Virus record (IMG/VR): IMGVR_UViG_3300037067_007193
Coordinates: 1 to 64,000 of that record
Reading direction: 5' to 3' (one strand)
DNA from: a virus
Lineage: Duplodnaviria; Caudoviricetes
DNA: 64,000 bases
This document shows, in pieces, positions 8,245 through 16,073 of this stretch; within the stretch, counting starts at the first letter, position 1, and each line of letters begins with the position of its first letter. Made by a program: the position numbers and the translations under genes. A model generated the notes under the pieces. That model saw only the letters and a program-made list of their open reading frames with translations. It was not told the origin of the DNA and searched no databases.

Positions 8245-8439
8245 TCATGGTTCCTCCGGGATTATTTTTAATTCGGGATCGTTACAGAAAATCAGAGAGG
8301 CGTGACCAGCAGCAAAAGAAGGATAGACTATCTCGATTGACCACACCGGGCGACCACATAGGGCAGTCATACCGGTTATCCGGCCAGTCTCGATACCATC
8401 GGAGATAAGCGTACCAATGCGTGCAGTGAGCGGCGGCAT
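8245..8439 (-). CDS. Hypothetical protein
   Basis: 64-aa ORF with SD AAGGAG. Confidence 0.5.
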   Translation of the reverse strand: MPPLTARIGTLISDGIETGRITGMTALCGRPVWSIEIVYPSFAAGHASLIFCNDPELKIIPEEP

Positions 8440-8442
8440 AGG

Positions 8443-9165
8443 TTACTCCTTCTTGCGGTAATCGTGTACTATTGTTCCGCCATCCCATACCTTGTTCACC
8501 GAGCCGCCATCCCATACCCTGTTCACCGAGCCGCCATCCCATACCTCGTTCACCGAGCCGCCATCCCATACCTCGTTCGCCGAGCCGCCATCCCATACCT
8601 TGTTCACCGAGCCGCCATCCCATACCTCGTTCACCGAGCCGCCATCCCATACCTCGTTCACCGAGCCGCCATCCCATACCTTGTTCACCGAGCCGCCATC
8701 CCTGACCTTGTTCACCGAGCCGCCAGCCCTGACCTCGTTCACCGAGCCGCCATCCCATACCTCGTTCACCGAGCCGCCATCCAACACTTCTATTTTCCCG
8801 CCATACAACCTTTCAATTTCAACACCCTTTGCCACTACCCACTTCCCACCTAACAGGATTTTCTTTTTCCCGTTGGTAATGATTGCCGCTTTCGCCCTTG
8901 TGTGTAGTTTGCGCTCCCATTGGGACTTTATCTCATCCGTAAGCCAGTCGGGTTCTTCTTGGTCAATGCGGAGTGCGTATTTGGTAATATCAACCAAGTC
9001 TTTGGTGTCGTCCGTGGTATATTCCACACGGCACCAGTTATTTTTCTCCGCATCGCCGGAATCGTCCAGATCGAGGGCAAGCAAAAGCATTTCGTGGCTG
9101 TCTGTGGCATCGTGGGTAAAAACATCGCCATCACGGAAGGCAATACCGGAAAGGTATCTGCACAT
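8443..9165 (-). CDS. Phage protein with C-terminal 9-aa (GGSVNEVWD) beta-solenoid-like repeats
   Basis: Globular N-terminus plus 11 tandem GGSxNxVxD units. Confidence 0.85.
   Translation of the reverse strand: MCRYLSGIAFRDGDVFTHDATDSHEMLLLALDLDDSGDAEKNNWCRVEYTTDDTKDLVDITKYALRIDQEEPDWLTDEIKSQWERKLHTRAKAAIITNGKKKILLGGKWVVAKGVEIERLYGGKIEVLDGGSVNEVWDGGSVNEVRAGGSVNKVRDGGSVNKVWDGGSVNEVWDGGSVNEVWDGGSVNKVWDGGSANEVWDGGSVNEVWDGGSVNRVWDGGSVNKVWDGGTIVHDYRKKE
8477..8782. repeat. 27-bp tandem repeat, about 11.3 copies (coding)
   Basis: Unit approximately CCGCCATCCCATACCTCGTTCACCGAG, no spacers. Confidence 0.95.
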
Positions 9166-9244
9166 GGTGCGACTCCATGCGAAAGGATAAGTTTTAAAGC
9201 TGAAATTGTGGCACTGACGGGTTTGCGACTCCGTTTCTAAGTTA

Positions 9245-9272
9245 AATATAATATCAAAAAAAGTTTTGTCAA
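9245..9272 (-). promoter_or_regulatory. Leftward promoter of a divergent pair
   Basis: TTGACA-16-TATATT followed by GGAGTCGCA; a rightward TTGACA lies at 9304-9309. Confidence 0.6.
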
Positions 9273-9374
9273 GCGTTTGAACATAAATTTTTGTCCCGTT
9301 TGCTTGACAAACTGAATTTTTTTACGCATATATCTTAGGCATCTCTGCCATGAAACCAGGAGTCGCATCCAGGT

Positions 9375-10187
9375 ATGGTTAAAATCCCCGGCGGATACAT
9401 ACGCCTGCATCGCCAGTGCCTTGACAATGGCTGGCTCAGGAATCCACATCTGTGGACTTTCTGGTGCTATTGCCTGCTCAGGGCATCCCATGCCCCATTT
9501 ACCGCAAACATTGGCCTACAGTGTATAGATTTGGAGCCGGGGCAATTTGTCTGCGGAAGAAAACAGATTGCCAAAGAATTAAACATGACCGAAAGGCAAG
9601 TTCGATACTATTTCTCAACGCTGGAATTGCGCCAAAACTTGGTCATAAAAACGTCCAACAAATTTTCCGTTGTAACCGTTGTCAACTGGCAATCTTATCA
9701 ATTCAACGAAAATGAATTGTCCAACAAAGGGCCAACAAAGGGCCAACAAAGGGCCACATACAATAACATAAGAACAGAAGAACAAATACAAAAAACACTG
9801 TTCACTTATGAGCCAGTGAACGTAGATTTTTTTGAAACGTGGTGGAAAGTCTATCCGAAGAAAGCCGACAAGAAAGCCGCTCAAAAAGCCTGGAATAAAA
9901 TCAAACCCGACAGCACCAAAGCCGACCAGCTTATTCAAGCCGTCAAAAATCAAATCGCATGGAGAGAATTAGCAAGCGGTGAGTTCCGCCCGGCATGGAA
10001 AAACGGGGCCACTTGGCTTAATGGCGAATGTTGGAACAATCCAACCGACTCTGGTACTCCCGTGAATGTGTCCCATTCTGTCCGCTGCGCCAACCCCGAC
10101 AAATATCCGCCGTGCGGGACTGTCTGGAACCTGAATGAACGTTCCGCCTGCCCGCGTTGTGGCTGGAAATACGAGGAAAAGAAATGA
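9375..10187 (+). CDS. Phage replication initiator (lambda O/DnaD-like)
   Basis: GYIRLHRQ...LWTFWCYCLLRA, GQFVCGRKQIAKEL, FETWWKVYPKKADK; directly upstream of dnaB. Confidence 0.85.
   Translation: MVKIPGGYIRLHRQCLDNGWLRNPHLWTFWCYCLLRASHAPFTANIGLQCIDLEPGQFVCGRKQIAKELNMTERQVRYYFSTLELRQNLVIKTSNKFSVVTVVNWQSYQFNENELSNKGPTKGQQRATYNNIRTEEQIQKTLFTYEPVNVDFFETWWKVYPKKADKKAAQKAWNKIKPDSTKADQLIQAVKNQIAWRELASGEFRPAWKNGATWLNGECWNNPTDSGTPVNVSHSVRCANPDKYPPCGTVWNLNERSACPRCGWKYEEKK
9721..9756. repeat. Iterons (CCAACAAAGGG x3), likely replication origin
   Basis: 11-bp tandem repeats inside the initiator gene, as in lambda O. Confidence 0.7.
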
Positions 10188-11482
10188 CACATGAACAGAA
10201 CGAAGCCGCTGTTGTGTCCTGTATGCTTATGAACGCGGATGCCATAACCGAAGCTATTCAGCAATGCAGGCCCGAATATCTGTCAAACGAAAAGCTCCGC
10301 ACTCTGTACAGCGTGATTGTGTCCCTATATGAGCGCGGGATTGAGGTTGATATTCCCGTCCTAACAGACGAACTGAGAAAGAAAAACCGGTTGCAGGACA
10401 TAGGAGCGCCGTTTGTTTTCGAGGTTGCCCGTCAAGTTGCGGCATGGCAGAATATCGGGCATTACTGTACGCGGGTGCGGGAACACTGGCAGTTAAAGCG
10501 CCTGAAAGAAATAAGCGGAGAGATAGAGAACCAGATAGCACAGCCATTGGTTGACGCGGGTGAATTACTCGACAAAGTGGAAACCCAACTTGTTGCTATC
10601 CGGGATAGTAGTTTACAGCCGACAACCGCGCCGGTAAAAGACGGATTGCAGCAATTTGAATCTGAGCTTGAGGAACGCGGAAAGACTGGCAAGCTACCCG
10701 GCATACTGACAGGACTAAGGTCACTTGACCGCACCACTGGCGGCATGAGAAAGAAAAAATTAATCGTTGTCGCTGCCCGTCCGGGCATGGGAAAATCAGC
10801 CCTTGCCCTCACCATCTGTAAGAATCTGGCGGAACAATCCCCGCCTGTATCCAGCCTGATAATCAGCCTGGAGATGTCGCGAGATGAATTGATCGAGCGC
10901 CTCATGTGTCAGGAAACGGGTTACACGGTTTACGATTTCCGTGAGTCTGAGAGGATAGCAAGCATTGACTGGCCGAAAGTCAACATAGCTCTCAACAGAT
11001 TGTACAGTGATGAGATTTACATTGACGATGCACCGACACACACGCTGTTGGAAATACGGGCAATCGCCCGTAAGTGGAAACGTCAGGCCAATATTGGCTT
11101 GTTGGTAATCGACTACATGCAGTTGATCCATACGCGGGGCAGGACGCGGAACGAGGAAGTTGCAGAGATAAGCCGAGACTTGAAAAGGCTGTCAAAGGAG
11201 CTTGATATTCCCGTTATGGCAATCTCTCAGTTGAGCCGTAAGACAGAGGAAAGGGCCGACAAGCGGCCCTGTATGGCAGACCTGCGGGAATCAGGCAACA
11301 TCGAACAGGATGCGGATGAAATATGGTTTGTCTATCGCCCCTGGACAGCCGGGACACAAGAGATTGACGGGCGCTCAACCGAAGGGCTTGCGATTATTAT
11401 CGTCGAGAAAAACCGGGGCGGAGCGACCGGAGATATTGAGACTTATTTTGACGCGCCGCGTTTTGCATTCCGGGACTTATAA
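10184..11482 (+). CDS. dnaB: Replicative DNA helicase
   Basis: AARPGMGKS Walker A, ISLEMS, VIDYMQLI, ADLRESGNIEQDAD, KNRGG. Confidence 0.95.
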   Translation: MTHEQNEAAVVSCMLMNADAITEAIQQCRPEYLSNEKLRTLYSVIVSLYERGIEVDIPVLTDELRKKNRLQDIGAPFVFEVARQVAAWQNIGHYCTRVREHWQLKRLKEISGEIENQIAQPLVDAGELLDKVETQLVAIRDSSLQPTTAPVKDGLQQFESELEERGKTGKLPGILTGLRSLDRTTGGMRKKKLIVVAARPGMGKSALALTICKNLAEQSPPVSSLIISLEMSRDELIERLMCQETGYTVYDFRESERIASIDWPKVNIALNRLYSDEIYIDDAPTHTLLEIRAIARKWKRQANIGLLVIDYMQLIHTRGRTRNEEVAEISRDLKRLSKELDIPVMAISQLSRKTEERADKRPCMADLRESGNIEQDADEIWFVYRPWTAGTQEIDGRSTEGLAIIIVEKNRGGATGDIETYFDAPRFAFRDL

Positions 11483-11485
11483 CAC

Positions 11486-11519
11486 AAAAAAGCCCGGCTT
11501 TTGACCGGGCTTCCCTTTG
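11486..11519. terminator. Bidirectional intrinsic terminator between convergent units
   Basis: AAAAAAGCCCGG-loop-CCGGGCTT. Confidence 0.7.
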
Positions 11520-11537
11520 TCTGGCGTTGCCGTTGAA

Positions 11538-11747
11538 TCATGCCACGTTTACCCATTTCATGCAGGTTTGAATTGCGTGGTCGTAATCGCCGCTCATCGT
11601 CTCGTTTTGAAACTCCTTGATTTCTTCCGGCGGCACTTCTGCTCGGCGCAGGGCTTCGGAAACCCGTCCGATGATAGAAAAAACATTTCCGTCTTCTCTT
11701 GAAAGTTGTACGTCAACATCAGGATACTTGCATCTTTCTGTTTCCAT
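11538..11747 (-). CDS. Conserved small phage/plasmid protein
   Basis: DGNVFSIIGRVSEALRRA...SGDYDHAIQTCMKWV pattern. Confidence 0.75.
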   Translation of the reverse strand: METERCKYPDVDVQLSREDGNVFSIIGRVSEALRRAEVPPEEIKEFQNETMSGDYDHAIQTCMKWVNVA

Positions 11748-11760
11748 TTGCTCCCCCTGT

Positions 11761-11820
11761 GTTTTGTCCGGACTTGAGACCGGGCTTGTGGTTTACAGGG
11801 CTTGCGCCCTGCTCTCGCCT
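11761..11820 (-). ncRNA. Twister-like self-cleaving ribozyme candidate (permuted, P1 closed by GCAA)
   Basis: GGC-GAGAG-[CAGGGC GCAA GCCCUG]-UAA-ACC-AC-AAGC-[CCGG UCUCAAGU CCGG]-ACAAAA; T1 CUC/GAG and T2 AC/GU pairings fit; P2 imperfect. Confidence 0.45.
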
Positions 11821-11883
11821 TGTGTTGGCGGCGGGTCTCTGTTTTTGTTCATGTGCATCCTCGGCATGTAGCCGGGTTAAGGG

Positions 11884-12075
11884 TTAGCCGTTGTATTCTT
11901 CGCCGAAAATTTCCTCACAGTGTGCTATCCAGTCGTTATTCAGTTCTTCAAGGCAGAGTTCCATAACGCCTGGAACGGCTAAAATTGTTGCCACTTCAAG
12001 GCCAGCTATCCAGCCCGTGAATTTGTCATTGTCGTTGACCATTTCGCGGAGTTCTTTTTGCTTGTCTGGCTTCAT
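11884..12075 (-). CDS. Hypothetical protein
   Basis: 63-aa ORF, SD GGAGGG. Confidence 0.65.
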   Translation of the reverse strand: MKPDKQKELREMVNDNDKFTGWIAGLEVATILAVPGVMELCLEELNNDWIAHCEEIFGEEYNG

Positions 12076-12078
12076 CTT

Positions 12079-12291
12079 TCACCCCTCCACGCGGGCAGAG
12101 CCGCAGACGTTACCGTTGATGTCGCGCAAGGTGTCACAGAAAAGCGGTACGCCCTTTAAAACATTTTCAAAATCTACATTTTCTAAACTGCGGTATTCTT
12201 TCGCTGATCTTTCAAGTATCCGCGCAACCTCGGTTCCGGCGTAAGGATCAAACGCCTCGCCCTTCATGTCAATCTCAATCACCAGCTTCAT
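12079..12291 (-). CDS. Hypothetical phage protein
   Basis: MKLVIEIDMKGEAF...LRDINGNVCG; SD AGGAGG. Confidence 0.75.
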   Translation of the reverse strand: MKLVIEIDMKGEAFDPYAGTEVARILERSAKEYRSLENVDFENVLKGVPLFCDTLRDINGNVCGSARVEG

Positions 12292-12322
12292 TTGATGCCT
12301 CCTGAGAGTTAGGTTTGGTTTA

Positions 12323-12371
12323 TCCATCGACGGGCTTGCGCCCGTTTCGGCCTATGCCTCGTCAGGATGGA
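12323..12371 (-). ncRNA. Type I hammerhead ribozyme
   Basis: UCCAUC-CUGACGA-GGC AUAG GCC-GAAA-CGGGC GCAA GCCCG-UC^GAUGGA: full core, three stems, GUC cleavage triplet. Confidence 0.9.
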
Positions 12372-12372
12372 G

Positions 12373-12792
12373 TTAGTTTCCTTCTGAAAAGTCCGGGGCA
12401 AGGATAACATATCCGCCCCAATCCTTATAAATCCCGGTCAGTTTTTCACTCGGTCCCGTATGCAGCTTGAGCGCATACCCGCGAGGGTCACGGTTGATTT
12501 TTATATCCCCGGCGCGTTGCTTGCCGATAATCGCCGCCACCTTGTCGCGCAAGGCATCCGTCCAGGTGTCGAGTTTATCACCATCAATCCGACCGTCTGT
12601 ACCTTCAAGATCAGGATAAGGGGCCGGATTGGCGTTGCAGTATGCCAGCATAACACGCTCGGCTTTTGCTTCCAGCCGCCGCAGCTTGCGGCACAGGTCA
12701 AACGGGTCTGTTTCCGGCGGTAAGCCGAAAACGCGCTTTAAATTCTCGCCGTGCGCCTCGATTGCCTTGTACATCCTTTCTTTCTTGTTCAT
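12373..12792 (-). CDS. Hypothetical phage protein
   Basis: MNKKERMYKAIEAHG...INRDPRGYALKL...DWGGYVILAPDF. Confidence 0.75.
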   Translation of the reverse strand: MNKKERMYKAIEAHGENLKRVFGLPPETDPFDLCRKLRRLEAKAERVMLAYCNANPAPYPDLEGTDGRIDGDKLDTWTDALRDKVAAIIGKQRAGDIKINRDPRGYALKLHTGPSEKLTGIYKDWGGYVILAPDFSEGN

Positions 12793-12800
12793 GGTTTCCC

Positions 12801-12905
12801 TCACGCGAAAAGATACGCCAATTCGAGCAAAAGCCCGAACAGGACAATGAGAAAAACTATAAAGTGGACAGTCTCAGAAATAGTAAAGCTTGGTCTGTGC
12901 TGCAT
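12801..12905 (-). CDS. Small membrane peptide (34 aa)
   Basis: MQHRPSFTISETVHFIVFLIVLFGLLLELAYLFA; hand translated. Confidence 0.45.
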   Translation of the reverse strand: MQHRPSFTISETVHFIVFLIVLFGLLLELAYLFA

Positions 12906-12949
12906 TTGAAACCCTCGTGACAGGGTTAGGAGGTTGCGACTCGTGTATC

Positions 12950-12978
12950 ATTATAATAATAACAACAAAACTTGTCAA
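12950..12978 (-). promoter_or_regulatory. Consensus sigma70 promoter
   Basis: TTGACA-17-TATAAT, with GAGTCGCA at the transcript start. Confidence 0.8.
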
Positions 12979-13127
12979 GAGTTTGGGAGAGATTTTTTTA
13001 CAAGGCGGTCAATTATCATCCCGATTGACTCCCCTGTCCGCTCCCGCTCCAGCTCCAGGCGCTTAACCGTGTCAGGCAAAACGCTTGTTTGAACCATCCT
13101 AACTTTGTTGCTTTTTGGTCTGGCCAT
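12975..13127 (-). CDS. Small RHH/CopG-like DNA-binding protein (50 aa)
   Basis: MARPKSNKVRMVQTSVLPDTVKRLELERERTGESIGMIIDRLV; below ORF-track cutoff. Confidence 0.6.
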   Translation of the reverse strand: MARPKSNKVRMVQTSVLPDTVKRLELERERTGESIGMIIDRLVKKSLPNS

Positions 13128-13141
13128 TCAATCCCCCTGAG

Positions 13142-13324
13142 TTACCAGCCGCAGATAAAAGATACTTCACGGAAAGTTAAATCCGGGTTAGTTTCCCGCA
13201 AACCGGCATCCATGTTGTTAATTTCGTCATAGGCGTCAGACTTGTTTTCCGCTGCCAGCTTGACAACTTCCAGGATCAGGCCGGTTTTTACCTCTTGCTT
13301 GACTGCAAAAAATTGTCTGGTCAT
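13142..13324 (-). CDS. Hypothetical protein
   Basis: 60-aa ORF with SD. Confidence 0.6.
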   Translation of the reverse strand: MTRQFFAVKQEVKTGLILEVVKLAAENKSDAYDEINNMDAGLRETNPDLTFREVSFICGW

Positions 13325-13342
13325 CTTTTCCCCCTGAAAAGG

Positions 13343-13669
13343 TTAGGACTGAAAAACAGCCGCGCAAGCGCCATACATTTCGCTATATGTCAACGGGTCA
13401 AAGCCAAGATATTTTTCTGCGGTGCTTGTTAGCGCGTGCATGTACCTTACTTGCCCGGCATAGTTATACGCCGAAACAACAAAGGCCTCGGTCTGCTTAT
13501 TAGGGCTTTTGATAAAAGCAAAAAGCTCGTGCTGTAAATTAAATAGTCGTATTCCTCCCCCTGTGCGCTCGTAAAAGCCGTTTGCAGTCCTTCCGTTGAT
13601 CGGATGAAAAAGCGATTCGGTAAATTCCTTATCGTTCTGGCAATATGCCCGGTCGTTGAAAATAAGCAT
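13343..13669 (-). CDS. Hypothetical protein
   Basis: 108-aa ORF downstream of its own promoter. Confidence 0.7.
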   Translation of the reverse strand: MLIFNDRAYCQNDKEFTESLFHPINGRTANGFYERTGGGIRLFNLQHELFAFIKSPNKQTEAFVVSAYNYAGQVRYMHALTSTAEKYLGFDPLTYSEMYGACAAVFQS

Positions 13670-13721
13670 TTCCGCTCCGTGACAAGGTTTGAAAAGGATT
13701 TGAATTGTTTGCTACACTTAT

Positions 13722-13750
13722 ATCATAATCATAATACAAGGGTTTGTCAA
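13722..13750 (-). promoter_or_regulatory. sigma70 promoter
   Basis: TTGACA-17-TATGAT. Confidence 0.7.
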
Positions 13751-13888
13751 GGGCTTTTTCAAGAAATTTTCAAGCGCAAGGGCCAAGGGAAGGCTTTCTA
13801 TGCGGTTAAAGCGCCAACTATCACACAAGATTATAATAATAACAAAACAAGTTAAGATTTATAAAATGCATTTTTATTGCCCTTTTAC

Positions 13889-13917
13889 TTGACTTTTTTA
13901 ATCGCATTTTTTATATT
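13889..13917 (+). promoter_or_regulatory. sigma70 promoter toward terS
   Basis: TTGACT-17-TATATT; variant CAGGAGCCGCAATCCTG hairpin about 40 nt downstream. Confidence 0.7.
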
Positions 13918-13994
13918 AAAGTGGATACAGAATAATAATAAAAACAAAAGTTACGCCAGGAGCCGCAATCCTGTTTTAAAAAACGCACCACGCC

Positions 13995-14350
13995 CAAGCC
14001 AATATAAAGCATTTAAAGCTTTATATATTATATATACCCTAAGATATATAAGGTTTTTAAAAGCCTTTAAGTCTTTAAAGCCTTTAAAAGCCTTTATATA
14101 TATACCTACTCTTAGAATATTATAAGCCTTTGTTCTTTGTCTTTAATAAAGAAAGACTTTATTATGATTAATAAACTTACAAGAAATACCATTAATAAAG
14201 ACAATGGTCTTTTAAATAATAAAGAGGATATTAAAGAAAAGAATAAGAATATTAATACTCTTAATAAAGATAATAATATTAATATTACTAAAGAGAATAA
14301 GAATATTAATGTTGTTAAAGAGAATAATAAAGTTATTGGTACGCCTTTAA
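13995..14350. repeat. Very AT-rich low-complexity tract with TAAAG/AAAGCCTTTA repeats (candidate pac or terminus region)
   Basis: AAAGCCTTTA at 14060, 14077 and 14087; about 11 TAAAG copies; overlaps the 5' part of terS. Confidence 0.6.
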
Positions 14351-14952
14351 ATAATCCGTTCTATGAAGCCTTCTGTTTAATATATTCTAAGACTCTTAAT
14401 AAAACCAGTTCTTATCTTCAAGCAAGAAAAGCAATTAAAGGCGATTCCATTACCGATGAAAGCGCATGTACTTCTGCTATCCGATTGTTAGAAGATGAAA
14501 GTATAAGAACAAGGCTTGCAGAACTGTTTGACCATACAGCAAATAGCTTGCAGATAAACAAGACTGAAATCCTGGAAGGTATACAACACGAATTAGAGCT
14601 TGATCCGGCGACGGTGTTGGAATGGCAAGGCGATGCGCTGAAAATAAAAAGCCTTGAATCGATCCCGCTGCATATCCGGCGCACGATCAAGAGTATGAAA
14701 CAGGCTAAGGACGGCAGTATTGAAGTGCAGTTCTACGACAAGCAGCGCGCCCGTGAACAGCTTATGCGCTTCTTGGGCATGTTATCCGACAAGCTGGACA
14801 TTAATGTGACGCATGACATCGGAAATACCTTGGCGGAGGCTCATACACGCTATTTGAGGACTGCCAGAAGCGGCGAGGTTCAGGCCCCCGAAGGTATTCA
14901 GGACGTAGAATATACAGAAATCAAGCCAGACGGCGGGAATGGAACGCATTAG
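14137..14952 (+). CDS. terS: Terminase small subunit (start uncertain; N/K/I-rich N-terminus)
   Basis: YEAFCLIY...SAIRLLEDESIRTRLAEL, IEVQFYDKQRAREQLMRFLGM. Confidence 0.8.
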   Translation: MSLIKKDFIMINKLTRNTINKDNGLLNNKEDIKEKNKNINTLNKDNNINITKENKNINVVKENNKVIGTPLNNPFYEAFCLIYSKTLNKTSSYLQARKAIKGDSITDESACTSAIRLLEDESIRTRLAELFDHTANSLQINKTEILEGIQHELELDPATVLEWQGDALKIKSLESIPLHIRRTIKSMKQAKDGSIEVQFYDKQRAREQLMRFLGMLSDKLDINVTHDIGNTLAEAHTRYLRTARSGEVQAPEGIQDVEYTEIKPDGGNGTH

Positions 14953-15031
14953 AAGCCCGTACAGCAACGATCTAAGGCTTGTGCATAGTCCAGCATGGCG
15001 GAAAACGGCTCTTTGACAGGTGCAAGGCAAT

Positions 15032-15053
15032 AAAAAAGCCCGCCGGAGCGGGC
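15032..15053 (-). terminator. Intrinsic terminator
   Basis: GCCCGC-TCCG-GCGGGC-TTTTTT on the minus strand. Confidence 0.75.
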
Positions 15054-15072
15054 TGGAAAGCGGAGCGGTCTG

Positions 15073-15255
15073 TTATTCAGGGCACTTGCGGAACGCCGGA
15101 GGCTGTAGGGATTCGCGGTACTGGCTCCACCGTCCCGTCTGGCGCTCGATCAGGTCACACCGCGAACAGGTAACACGCTCCGGGCGCATGGTCTGGTCAT
15201 CGCCGTGGTTAATCTCTCCGCAGAGCGGGCCGTCATGCATAGCAAGGTGCGTCAT
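15073..15255 (-). CDS. Small Cys-containing protein with its own promoter and terminator
   Basis: 60 aa; promoter TTGACT-17-TATGAT at 15297-15325. Confidence 0.65.
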   Translation of the reverse strand: MTHLAMHDGPLCGEINHGDDQTMRPERVTCSRCDLIERQTGRWSQYRESLQPPAFRKCPE

Positions 15256-15422
15256 GTTGTCCCCTGTGACAGGTTAAAGGTTAGATGCGACAATTAATCA
15301 TATCATCCAGACCTGGAAAAGTCAAGTTTTCCCTGCCATGCTGACAGTTCAGACCTGATTTTTCAGGTGCAAGACAGGGCAAAACACATAAGGCAGTACA
15401 TAGCAACAAGATACAAGGCTTA

Positions 15423-15456
15423 TCAATTCCCGATTATGTATATAAACGGGAATTGA
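15423..15456. other. 34-bp dif/loxP-like site (14-6-14), candidate tyrosine-recombinase site
   Basis: TCAATTCCCGATTA-TGTATA-TAAACGGGAATTGA; arms match 13/14. Confidence 0.55.
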
Positions 15457-15687
15457 GACAGGATAAGGGCATGTACTGGACACCTGAAAAGATCATGCTG
15501 TATGCACAGCACTGGATACAAACGGGCGACAGATTCGACATTGAGGCGGGGAAAGATACTGGCCGAAAAAGAATGCTTCCCGGCGGGCATCGAGCGAAAA
15601 TTGACCCCGGAGGGGGGCAAGTCGGCCCGGATGGAACCATAAGGGAACCCATCTCTCTTGTCATTTCTTTGAGCGGGGTGTTTTTAG

Positions 15688-16020
15688 ATGACCGACAAAT
15701 TGAAGCATGTTTGTTTTTACTGTGGCGAACGGGTCGATTGGTTGAGTGATGGTTTTGTGGTTCTTGGGGCGAAGGTTCCATGGATGCCAAGGCCGTGTAG
15801 TAGATGTGAGTTGATACTGATTAAGGGTTTTGTGGCGCATGATGGCATGGGTCATATTGCGGAAGAGGCCAATCATCCGTCGAGAGTTTTGGTATGTGAT
15901 AAATGCGGATGCTCGGTGAGTTATGATTTTAACATTCGTATCGGCTGTGGCTGTAGGGGTGAGGATGGGTACGGCATTTCGGGTCGGATCATAGAGCGGG
16001 CGCGGGGCCGGAGATATTAG
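15688..16020 (+). CDS. Hypothetical Cys-rich protein
   Basis: CxxC motifs; overlapped by an alternative ORF 15453-15749. Confidence 0.4.
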   Translation: MTDKLKHVCFYCGERVDWLSDGFVVLGAKVPWMPRPCSRCELILIKGFVAHDGMGHIAEEANHPSRVLVCDKCGCSVSYDFNIRIGCGCRGEDGYGISGRIIERARGRRY

Positions 16021-16073
16021 GTGTCCTTTTCTCCTGTCGTTTATCCGAGACTTGCATTTTGGAGATTTGAGCA

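Noticed and set aside
8477-8782. CRISPR array or DGR template/variable repeat
   Set aside because: Head-to-tail repeats without spacers; variation not adenine-specific; no cas or reverse transcriptase gene in the window
8282-9190. Several overlapping long ORFs (GMGWRLGE, HRAAIPYLV, FTEPPSHT repeats)
   Set aside because: Shadows of the stop-free 27-bp repeat; only 8443-9165 has an RBS and a globular N-terminus
12905-12930. Second hammerhead (GAAAC-CCU...AGG-GUU)
   Set aside because: No CUGANGA core or stem II; lies on the non-coding strand
13877-14125. 82-aa ORF in the AT-rich island
   Set aside because: Low-complexity product, TTG start, no RBS
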